This document shows positions 25,690-37,131 of a stretch of 64,000 nucleotides of DNA, one piece after another. The translations under genes and the position numbers were made by a program. The notes under the pieces were generated by a model. That model was given only the letters and a program-made list of their open reading frames with translations, was not told where the DNA came from and did no database searches. Where the stretch lies: NCBI RefSeq assembly GCF_016433145.1, contig NC_058135.1:276266426-276330425 (forward strand), read 5' to 3'. Origin of the DNA: Gracilinanus agilis (lineage: Eukaryota). Positions within the stretch are counted from its first letter, which is position 1; every line of letters starts with the position of its first letter.

Positions 25690-25930
25690 TAGAGGCAGCT
25701 AGATTACCCAGTAGATATTGCTGGACTTGGAGTCAGAAAGCCTTGCATTTAAATTTGGCTTCAGACACTTACTGGATGTGTGACCCTGGTTAAATCACTT
25801 AACTTCTTTTTGTCTCAGTTTCTTTAAATATAAAATGGAAGTAATAACATCAACTATTTCCCAAGGTTGTTGTGAAGATCAAATGACATGATAACTGTAA
25901 AGTGTTTAACATAGTAACTAGCATATAATA
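25690..25930 (+). mobile_element. MIR/MAR1-type CORE-SINE
   Basis: ggacttggagtcagaaag...cagacacttactggatgtgtgaccctgg..aaatcacttaac...ccaaggttgttgtgaagatcaaatga. Confidence 0.8.
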
Positions 25931-28399
25931 GGAGCTTCCCTTCTTTCCCACATCCACTGAATCAGCTAGTGCTTTCCTTCCATGCCTCAGTTTCCTTAAT
26001 AGAAAAAGGGAGATAATAAGTTTGCTCTCTACATCATGGGACTTTTGTAAAGGTCTAGAAAGATTTTGAACAGGTGTGCAAACTGATAAATAGTAAACAT
26101 AAGTCTTGATTCTGATTATTCCATTTTTATGAAGGTTAAGAGAAACTTGATTCTGGTCAGTTTGTTCCCTCAATTTACCAGGGATGTATCATAGTAAATG
26201 GCACAACTGACTTTCCATTGACATGATCTGGATTTATAATCAGACTCAGATATTAAAATGGCTGTAAGAACATGAGGAAGTACCTTAAACATAGTACTTG
26301 GCATATAGAAGGCACTTAATACATGTATGTTGATTAATAATATAAAAAAAGAAAAATACCTGTAGTCTTGAACTCAAAATTATTTTATGATTCACAGGAG
26401 ATTATGTATTTAAAGTATTATATCAGTCTTAGTTGTTGACAAATGAAAATTCTTTGAATGAATAAAAATTACAAAAAATAAACAGTTGCTACAAATTATC
26501 AGACTTTCTTCCAACTTTGGAATTGTTCATCTTGATTGTGGAGTAGAGAAACATAGAATGTAGTTTAAGTAGATCTAATCTGATTCAGATGACTTATATT
26601 TGCTTTTTTGGCTTCTGAGAATTTCTATTGGGAATTATCTCAAGGGATGGAGCTAAGTCACCCTTGGGGACAAAGAAGTTAAGGTTGAATTCACAAAGGG
26701 TTAGCAGAGAAAAAAAAGACTGTTCTTTTACAATAGATCTATCAATATACAGGCATGGTTTTTATCTAATTAGATTTATTTCTTGGATGCCTATTTAGAA
26801 AGAAGATATTTTAGAGGAAATATGCATAGATTCTTTGATAGTGATATAAAATGTATATACAGAAATTTATATTCTATGCATAGTTCTACCTATACATGGA
26901 GACACATAATGCATATATACTGTAAATGTGTTTATAGATATATGTTCACACGCAAATATATATACACATACACATATATGCATATTCACCCACAAGAATA
27001 CAAAAATACATATACACACATAATATTTGGCCAAGTGACAGAAGATCATAATTCTGATTGCCTTTGCCATAGTAGCTATGAAATCATGAAAAGAAGTAAT
27101 ATGTGGAAAATATTACTTGTTCAGTTTATATGAATGTATTAAATATGACAGTGTATGTCCTAAAATAATTTTAATCGAAGGAGTTCAATTTTCTTCCATG
27201 AGGTTGATAATCTAGGTTTTATAGATATACAATAATTAGGGTAGGAGGGTTATTAAAGAATTTGAAAGCCATAGATGCATTTAGAATTTGCTCCTTGAGG
27301 AGATAGGTAAACACTGGAGTTTATTGAATAAAGGAGCAACATAGTCTGAGTGCTCTTTAGGAAAATCATTTTGGTTATTCAATGGAAGACAAATAGGATT
27401 ATGGAAAAACCTAAAACAGAGACTAGTATTTTTTTTCTAATTTGTGTGCTCAGTTTTCATCACATCACCCAGAACACAATAGGTGCTCAATAAATGGTGA
27501 CTTAATTAAAAATTAAGTTGACAAATGGAGATCCAATCTCAGGGTCAAAAAATATGGATTTAAGTGCTTCCTTGCCACATGCTGAGACTCAGCAAATTAC
27601 AAAATTCCTTAACACTTGATTTAATCATCTGTAAAATAAATTGATTGTCATAGTTTAAAACATTTACATCCCAAACATCATTAATGTATACATTGTACAT
27701 GTCTTAATTCCATTCTTCAACATATGAATATCCTCAAAATTGATTAATTCTATAATAGTGTGCTATGGTACAAATTGCTCTTCTGGTTCCCCTAAGTGGC
27801 AAGATCATGGTACCAGAAAACAAACAACTAAAACTTATTGTCCATTTAAAAAGGATGATAGATTTAGTGTATAGAAGTATAGGTTGCATTTATGTATGGA
27901 TGTGTTGATAAAATGTGCCATCAACATTAATATTTGACAGCAGGTTTTTAATAATATATATTTATTTTTCATAGATGGATATAGGAATTAGAGTATTTGA
28001 AATTATGTTAATGAAAAGAAATAGAGGCGAAGGAATACTACCTATATGGGATGTTACATGCACAATCGTATGAAGTTACTATGCTGTTATATTTATTTAT
28101 ATATTTTTTACTTTATAATGAGAAATCTCTGCTAAAATAGGAGTAACTAAAATTTTGTCACATAAAAGTAGATCATTTAACGTTTTTTCCTTTAAATTTA
28201 TATTCTAAATTACATAAAATGAGTGAATAGGACTCATTTTTAAAAAATTCTTGTCTCTAAATTCATGATGCAAAATTCTATGTTCTTTGCCCTAGATAAT
28301 ATTCTAAAATTACAAATTGCTGAAGTGATTCAATAGCTCAATGCCAAGCAGCTATAAACCTGTAAAATATATATAGACCTTTAAAAAAAATAAGAAAAT

Positions 28400-30561
28400 T
28401 GGTAGCATGGAGTAATGAATATAACTGGATAAAGCCATTGTACATCTCTTCAGAGAAAGTCAACAGGACAACTCCTCAAAAGAAAAAATGTGAGGAATAA
28501 AGGCGACCAGTCTTACCCCAAGTACAAGGGGAGAGTCCTTTGTAAGCTTAGAAAATTGTGCCTTTGACCATAGCATTAGAGAAGAATATCAACAGATACA
28601 TAATATAGATAACAGGGGAAAAGAAAAAAACAACAACTATAAAATGAAAAAATACTGAACTTAGAAAGATACTTTAGTGGCAAGTTCAATCAAGATATGA
28701 ACTCTGAAGAGGACAATAATACAAAAACTATTTTTAAAAAATAAAAAAATAACAAAAACAAGTGAAGCCTCAAAGGAAATTGTGAAGGATGGCAGGCCTC
28801 AAAAAATCTCTGGAAGAACATGAAAGAAATTAAAAAAACAAATAACTGGGGAATTGGGAGAAAAACTCATAAGCTTGGGGGGGGGGGGAAGCATCACTGA
28901 CAAAAATAGCTTCCTAAGGAAAAGAATCATCAACCAAATGAAAATGGAGCCCCCCTCCCAAAGAAAACATTGAAGAAAACAACTCTTTAAAGTATAGGAT
29001 AAACCAAATGGAAAAGGAAACACAAAAATTCAAGGATGAAAATAACTTCATAAAATTAGAATTGTACAAATATAAACCATAATACATCAGGAAAAAAATT
29101 AAAAAATAAATAAATTATTTTAATAGAAGAAAATCTAAAATACCTCATTGGGAAAAAAAAAACACTACTCATCTGGGAAATGGAACAGAAGAGACAATAT
29201 AAGAATCATTAGAATACCTGAAAGCCATAATCCAAAAAAAAGGGTCTGGATACTACATTGCAAGAAATCATCAGGTAAATTTTCCTTGTGAATCTATTTG
29301 TGGAGACAAACGCATGAATTACATGAAGACAACTACAAAACACTTTCCAGACAATTAAAAGTAGATGTAAACAATTGGAAAAACACTAATTGCTCATGGG
29401 TAGGATGTGCTAATATAATAAAAATGACAATCCTATCCAAATTAATTTACTTATTCAGTTCCATACCTATGAAACTACTAAGATTTTTTTTTACTGAATT
29501 AGAAAAATAAAACTATAACAAAGTTCATTTGGAATAAAAAAAGATCAAGAACATCAAGGGAAATACTGAAAAAAAAAAACACATGAAGGAGGGGGGAGCT
29601 ACCAGTACCAGAGCTTAAACCATACTATAAAGCAGCAGTCATCAAAACAATATGGAACTGGTTAAGAAACAGGAGGAAGGATCAACGGAATAGACTTTGG
29701 GTAAATGACCTTAAAAAGATAGTGTACAATAAAGCTAAAGAACCTAACTTTTGGGATGAAAATCCACTATTTGAGAAAAACTGCTTGGAAAACAGTATGG
29801 GAGACATTATGTTTAGATCAGCATCTCACACCCTATACCAAGATAAATGCAGAATTTGTAAATGACTTAAATATAAAGAAGGAAATTATAAGTAAATTAG
29901 GTGAACATAGAATAATATACCTATCCAATCTATGGGAAAGGAAAGAATTTAAGACAAAACAAGAGAAAGAGAATGTGACAAAACATAAAATGAATAATTT
30001 TAATTACATTAAAATGAAATGTTTTTGTACTAACAAAACCAATGCAACTAAAATTAGAAGAAAAGCAAGAAATTGGTAAAAAATCTTTATAACAAAAACC
30101 TTTGACAAATGTCTAATTACTCAAATTTATAAGGAGCTAAGTCAATTGTAAAAAAAAAATCAAGCCATTCCCCAATTGATAAATGGGCAAGGGATATGAA
30201 TAGGCATTTTTCAGCTAAAGAAATCAAAACTAATATTAAGCACATGAAAAAGTGTTCTAAATGTTTCATAATTTGAGAAATGCAAATCAAAACAAATTTG
30301 AGGTATCACCTAGCACCTAGCAGATTGGCCAATATGACAGTAAAGGAATATAATAAATGTTGGAGGGAATGTGGCAAAATTGGAACACTAAAACACTGCT
30401 GGTGGACTTGTGAATTGATCCAACCATTATGTAAGGCAATTTGGAATTATTCTCAAAGGACTTTAAAAGACTGCCTACCCTTTGATTCAACCATTCCATT
30501 TCTGGGTTTGTACCCCAAAGAGATAATAGGGGAAAATATTTGGTACAAAAATAGTCACAGC
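28400..30561 (+). mobile_element. L1 fragment: 5'UTR/ORF1 joined directly to late ORF2
   Basis: ORF1-like RDNIRII..PESH...LQEII up to about 29290, then ORF2 (ELHEDNYKTL...WKNTNCSWVG; YHLAPSRLAN...CWRECGKIGTLKHCWW); cut at 30561 by an LTR piece. Confidence 0.85.
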
Positions 30562-30754
30562 TGTAAGTGTTAAAAATTAAGTTTGGACTAAATATAACAG
30601 AAACGTGGTCACCAAAATTAATATATCTCAAGTCAAAATGACTTTATAGAAGTTTTATTTACAAAATAGAGGGAAAGAGTAAGGTAGAGAAATGAGAAAG
30701 AGTAGAGTAAGAAATAGAGCTTAACAAGCTTAATATCTACTCTGGAACCTGGCT
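30562..30754. mobile_element. LTR fragment
   Basis: Starts TGTAAGTGTTAAAAATTAAG; accaaaattaatatatctcaagtcaaaatgacttt resembles marsupial LTRs. Confidence 0.55.
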
Positions 30755-31449
30755 TTTTCCCCAAAAATTGTTATTTCCCTTTAAATCCTGAAGATTTAAA
30801 TCTGGCATTGATTTTTGTTGTTTTGTTTTGGTGCAAAACTTTTTTTTTTTAATTTAATGTAATCAACAACATTATCCATTTAATTTTTGGTAAAGTTCCC
30901 TATGGCTTGTTTGGTGATAAACTGTTCCCTTATCTGTAAGACTAATAGGTAAACTTCTCTTGATTCCTCTAATTAAATTTTTAAATAAAACCCAAAGATT
31001 TATGCTTTGGGGGAAAGAATTTAATATTTGACAAAAATTGCTGGGAAAACTGGAAAGTAGTATAACAGAGATAAGGCATGGACCAACATCTCATCAGACT
31101 CCAAGATACATTTTTAAATGGATACTTCATTTAGAAATAAAGGATAATACCATAAATAAATTAGAGCAATATAGAGAAGTTTACCTCTTATTAGTCTTAC
31201 AGATAATAGAACAGTTTATCACCAAACAAGCCAGAGGGCACTTTACCAAAAAATGAAATGGATAATGTTGATTACATCAAATCATGTTACATTACTTTAA
31301 TTACATTACTTTAATTACAATTAATTACATTAAATTAATATTACATTAAATTAAAAAAGGTTTTGCACCAAAACAAAACAACAACAAAAATCAATGCCAG
31401 ATTTAAATCTTCAAGATTTAAAAGGAAATATCGATTTTTTGGGGAAAAA
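30755..31449. repeat. Inverted duplication: 30755-30976 is the reverse complement of 31159-31449
   Basis: Shared blocks include agagaagtttacct..ttagtcttacagata and gttttgcaccaaaacaaaacaacaaaaatcaatgccagatttaaatcttc. Confidence 0.92.
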
Positions 31450-32455
31450 TATATTTCTGAGAAAAGCTTTATTTCTCAAATATATAGAGAAATGAGCCAA
31501 ATTTATAAGATATATAACATTCCACAAGCCAAAATTATCAAGAGATATGAAAAGGCCCTTCTCAAAGGAAGAGATTAAAACTTTTCAGTCATTTGAAAAA
31601 AATGCTCCAAATCACTATCAATTAGAGAAATGAAAGTTAAAACAATTCTGAGATATGAACTCATACTCACAAGATTGGCTAACATAACCAAAAATGAAAA
31701 TGATCTATAATGGAGGGGATATGAGAAAACTGAGACATTAAGGCACCATTGAAGGAAATGTGAATCTATATAACCATTGTGAAGAGTAGTATGGAACTAG
31801 GCTCAAAGTGCCACAAAACTAAGCCTACCATTTGACCCAGCAATAGCACTTCTGGGTCTGTATCCCAACAAGATCATAATCAAAGGAAAAGAATCTGCCT
31901 GTACCAAAATGTTTTTAGCAACTCTTTTTGTAGTGGCAAAGAATTCAGAACTGAGAGGTTGTCCATCACTTGGAAATTAGATGAGTAAGTTTGTTGTATA
32001 TTTGTAATGGAATACTATTGCATCATAAAGAACTATGAACAGGACTAGTTCAGAAAAACCTGGAAAGAATTACATGAACTAATGCAAAATGAAGTGAGCA
32101 GAAGCAGATGAACAATGTAATAGAAATATCATACAATGATTAGCTGTGAAGAAATAAACCATCATCAGCAAAGCAAGTCTCCAAGATAACCACAAGGGAT
32201 TCATCTAGAAAATGCTATCTGTACTCAAAGAGACAATTGGAATTTAAATGCAGATCAAAATTTATCATTTTATTCATATATATCTATATTTATTTATCTA
32301 TCTATACATACATATATATAATGAGATTTCTATTATACACATGATATGTCATCTATCATGACATTAGAAATATGGTAATATGTGTTACATGAAAGTATGG
32401 ATATAATTTATTTCAGACTTCAAGGAGTGGGGTTTGGAAAAGAGAGAGAGAAAAC
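30980..32455 (+). mobile_element. Older L1 3' fragment (late ORF2 plus 3'UTR)
   Basis: atttgacaaaaattgctgggaaaactggaa; ctgagatatgaactcatactcacaagattggctaac; tttgacccagcaatagcacttctgggtctgtatccc. Confidence 0.85.
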
Positions 32456-32479
32456 CTGAATTTTAAAATATCAAAACCA

Positions 32480-32675
32480 GGGGGCAGCTGGGTAGCTCAG
32501 TGGATTGAGAACCAGGCCTAGAGATGGGAGGTCCTAGGTTCAAATCTGGCCTCAGTCACTTCCCAGCTGTGTGACCCTGGGCAAGTCACTTGACCCCCAT
32601 TGCCTACCCTTACCACTCTTCTGCCTTGGAGCCAATACACAGTATTGACTCCAAGACAGAAGGTAAGGGTTTAAA
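32480..32675 (+). mobile_element. Full-length SINE1_Mdo-type SINE
   Basis: Complete head to tail; 15-bp TSD aaaatatcaaaacca at 32465-32479 and 32676-32690. Confidence 0.95.
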
Positions 32676-34499
32676 AAAATATCAAAACCAAAAAACAACA
32701 AAATTGTTTCTACATGTAAATTATATATACATTTATACATATATGTACTTATATATGTATAAATATTTTGATATACTTGTTTTGGAAATTCCTATCTCAG
32801 GATGTCAAAAGCTAAGGTATCCAAGTAGAGAGGGTGTGCTTGAGATGCTGTCCACCAGATCCCAAACTTCTCTTTCCTTGGTGCTGCTCTGTAGTTCTTG
32901 TCACCTTGCTAGATGCCACCACCACACAGGATCCCAGGGAAATCGGGATGTAGGGTGTCCTTTACTCTGAGATCTCCCAGGGCTAACAGCAGTTTGTGCC
33001 AAACGCTAATGGAGTCTCCCTCAGAGCATAAGCAACTTCTTCCTGCTCCTTCATTCCATCTTGGAATGCTCCAGCTCCTTCCTGCTAGGTATATCCTTAA
33101 TACTTAATTAATTACTACCTAATCTTCCTCACAACATATCCCTTCCCACTTAGTCACCAACACGCCTAATAGAAACCTTTCCTGCATCAACAATGCATGA
33201 ACATATTAAAGATTGCAGTTCAGTGATTTCAGTCATGTCTAACTCTTCATGATTCCATCTGAGGGTTTCTTGGCAAAAATACTGCAGTGATTTGATATTT
33301 CCTTCTCCAAAAGTGAAGAATATATTTTCCTAAATGTGGTTCACCAGAAGTATTGGGGGGAAAACACCAAGAATGATGGCAATTACTGAAGCTCAGGGAA
33401 ATTTTTGGTTAGAGTAAACTGAAAGAAGAATGACAGATTTGGGCAGAAGCATCAGCTTTCCTAGTTATCCTTTAATTCTAGTACTTTATTATATTGATTA
33501 TTTCTCATTTGCTCTATATACAAATTGTTTGTGCAGAGTTATTTGCATATTTTCTCTCCATTTGACCGTGAGCTCCTTTATAAAAAGAGTATATTTTATC
33601 TTTCTTTGTATATCCAATGCCTAGCATATTCTCTGAAACAGAGCAGGCATTTAATACTTATTTAATGACTAATTTACATAATGTGTAATCCTAAATCAGT
33701 ACTGAGTAAGATTAGCAATGACAAGAACAAAGTAATCCCTGAAAATCCCTGGGCCAACAGTAGCCATTCATGGACCATATCTTATTCCTGATGTTAAGAG
33801 TAAATGTTTAGGGGTAAATCAAAGGTATGGAGTAAGTGGACCAAAAGGAGGCCTGAATAATATTTCCATCTATGATATAAAGACTTCCCTATTTAAATTA
33901 GGATTGCTGCTAACCCCTTGCTACTAGTCAGAATCGGATTACCATTTGGTTATTTACATTTTATTTTATAATAAATATTGAGTGCTTGAATACCTGTGTT
34001 CAAAGATTCTTAATATTTTTCTAAGTCATAATTCTTTTTGGAAGGCTAGTGAAGCCTTTAGATGCCCTTTTAAAGTAATATTTTAATGATAAAATAAGAT
34101 ATTTAAAATGCCATGGGAAATCAATTCTATGGAACAGTAACTTTTCTTAAGTTCACAGACTCCAGATCCCTGCTCTAGATGTAAATTAAATTCAAATTCT
34201 CACAGATTTATATGCGAACTATACACAGCAATATCGGATTTAATACCAATCTTCATTTTTAAAAGGAAAGGCTATACTTAACTCTCTTGAATAGATATTG
34301 ATGATTAGTATCACCAGTACACAACTATTAAAAGATGCTTTCTGAACACATGGATACATTATACTACCACATTAGAGTATAAGTTCATTAGTTAACAGTA
34401 GGGTTTGTCTCCTTTGCACTTATATTCCTCTCACCTAGAATAGGATTTAGCAGGTGATATGCACTTAATATAAGTACTTGTTGGCAACTGATTGATACA

Positions 34500-36030
34500 T
34501 AATTGTTTTGTGTATTATGTATATATCACATGATAACACTACTTGAAAAATATCCTTGAAGGTAGGAAGATATTGAACACATTCTTTTTTTTTAGCCTTT
34601 AACTTCTGTGTATTGGCTCCTAGTTGGAAGAGTGGTAAGGGTGGGCCATGGGGGTCAAGTGACTTGCCCAGGGTCACACAGCTGGGAATTGTCTGAGGCC
34701 GTATTTGAACCTAGGACCTCCCATCTCTAGGCCTGGTTCTCAATCCACTGAGCCACCCAGCTGCCCCCCCCTGAAATCGAACACATTCTTAATTCACAAA
34801 TATTAATTTACTAAATGATGATGAATTTCAAATAAAAAAAAGTGAAAGGGAGCATATCAGGATGGAAAGGGAAATGAGAACCGTAGTAGGTATAAATGAG
34901 TAACAATCAGGATGAGATCAACGAGAATAGGTTCTGGGAAAACAAACATTGGCCCATGGGGTCAAATTTCCTCTATGTGTTAAAAATAATCCCTGACAAT
35001 ATTCCGCTGGAAAAAAACAAACATTCGTACAAACAATAATTTTAATCCCTCAAGTCATTTATATATTCATTTGGGGATCAGGATGATATGGAAAGGGTGC
35101 TCAGTAATGAATGCCTAATATGCCTTTTTACCCCTGGGGAAAGGGACCTATTTTGGATATTTTTAATAAATTATGTGAGCCTGAAGACATGTTATTTCTC
35201 ACTAATCAGAGGCCTCCAGATGTAAAAACCCTGGCAAGATTCATGGGGCTGTGCCATATGTACTCAGGGCACACCTTTTCTCCTCAACAGGTAAGTTGTC
35301 CTATTCTACTATTCTTTCTGATTTGTTTTTATCACAGTAGACCAATGTGATCAAAATCATAGTAACCTTTAATCAAGTGGTCATTATGTTGCATAGAAAA
35401 TCATCGTTCTAAATGTGTGAATATTATTTCTGTCTCTCTAGTGCTTAGATGAGCCCACGGAATAGAGCACTGTTCAAATTGCTTTTCAAGGAGGAAAATT
35501 ATGGGTCTAATATAAGAAAAAAATTTTTTTCTTATTTCCATCTTTATATTTTTTTGTGTCCCCCCTCAAAAAAAAAAACTCTTTTCAGTTATCCCTTCAT
35601 ATAACCAACATGTTTATTCAAACTCTTAGATTGCTGTCTAGGATTTTAAGAGGTTAAACACCTTGAGTTGGATCATATAGCTAGTCAATGGTAGAAAAGG
35701 ACAATTTAGAGAGGAAATCTCAGTTTTGTGCTAGCTTAATAATCTGTTATGGCAGGGCTTCCTGACTGAATTCATTTCTCTCAGATTCCAGCAGAGAGGA
35801 AAGGAAATAAGGAATGAGTAACAATTCTTGAATACTTGGACTAAAGGTAGAGTACTGTAATTTAGGAAATCTAATCATTTCAATCAAATTTTGACTGAAT
35901 GGGCTTTCAATTTGGTTCCCAATTATATTTTGCTTGGGAAGTTGTCACCATGCTATTGCTTTCTTTAAGTACAATGAATATGATCTATATTGTTTGTGCT
36001 CAGGAGGGAGACAATTAAGAGGATCTGAAG
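34500..36030 (+). promoter_or_regulatory. OR8J promoter/5' exon block, copy 1
   Basis: O/E site CCCTGGGGA (reverse complement TCCCCAGGG) at 35132-35140; TAATGA at 35105-35110; donor CAACAG|GTAAGT at 35290/35291; colinear with 47450-48820. Confidence 0.7.
34587..34778 (-). mobile_element. SINE1_Mdo-related SINE (short 3'-end variant)
   Basis: 12-bp TSD gaacacattctt at 34575-34586 and 34779-34790; empty site visible in the paralogous region at about 47533-47550. Confidence 0.9.
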
Positions 36031-36500
36031 GGGAAAGAATTATACTTAAATTTCAAGCAGGGAAATTTAACTTTTTAAATGTAGGTAAATGTACCTAATG
36101 CTAGAGGATTAAAAATGTATTTGCAGTCTCCTGAGAATGAAGATTATATAATGGAGGTAGTATATTTATCATAAAGATGATTACATTCCCAAGATGCACT
36201 TTAGTAGAGAAAGTGTTCTGTCTTTTTTTTATGTTTTGCCTGTGTTATAAATAAAAATTTATCTAGAAACTTATTACCAGATTTATAATCATTTAATAGA
36301 AAAGAGAGAGATTGATGGAGATAGAGAGAGCTCTGTCTTCTAATTTAAGGTAAAATCAGTTTCTGGATTTCAGCACAGTGTGGTCCCCTCCATGCTTCAC
36401 TGCTACATTGTGATAAGATAAGAGGCATGAGCCCAGGGATTCAGTAAAAGAATGGAAGTAAAAAGCCCACTGCCTTTCCCAAGTTTGTCTTTTTTTTTTT

Positions 36501-36583
36501 NNNNNNNNNNNNNNNNNNNNNNNNNNNNNNNNNNNNNNNNNNNNNNNNNNNNNNNNNNNNNNNNNNNNNNNNNNNNNNNNNNN
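36501..36583. other. Assembly gap (83 N)
   Basis: Run of N after a poly-T tract. Confidence 0.99.
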
Positions 36584-37131
36584 AAGATACTATAAGGATG
36601 CTAGCAGAAATCAAATGAACTGAACTGAGGGGATGTTGAGCCCTCCATTTATCCTGAAGGTGAACATTTATGTCAAAGGGAATGCCCTCCTAAGGGTCAA
36701 TTGTCAATGAGCCCATCAATAATTTTTCTTTCCTTTTATTTTATTCCCCAAATTGTTGTAAATCCNNNNNNNNNNNNNNNNNNNNNNNNNNNNNNNNNNN
36801 NNNNNNNNNNNNNNNNNNNNNNNNNNNNNNNNNNNNNNNNNNNNNNNNNNNNNNNNNNNNNNNNNNNNNNNNNNNNNNNNNNNNNNNNNNNNNNNNNNNN
36901 NNNNNNNNNNNNNNNNNNNNNNNNNNNNNNNNNNNNNNNNNNNNNNNNNGGATTTACAACAATTTGGGGAATAAAATAAAAGGAAAGAAAAATTATTGAT
37001 GGGCTCATTGACAATTGACCCTTAGGAGGGCATTCCCTTTGACATAAATGTTCACCTTCAGGATAAATGGAGGGCTCAACATCCCCTCAGTTCAGTTCAT
37101 TTGATTTCTGCTAGCATCCTTATAGTATCTT
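36584..37131. repeat. Perfect 182-bp inverted repeat flanking a 184-N gap (36766-36949); probable assembly artefact
   Basis: 36584-36765 is the exact reverse complement of 36950-37131; the left arm is a tiny contig between two gaps. Confidence 0.95.

Noticed and set aside
32590-32970. ORFs here and at 45743-45949 share MTPIAYPYHSSALEPIH, as if a small gene family
   Set aside because: Both are translations of the same SINE family.
36701-37014. Identical 92-aa ORFs on opposite strands
   Set aside because: Produced by the inverted duplicate around a gap.
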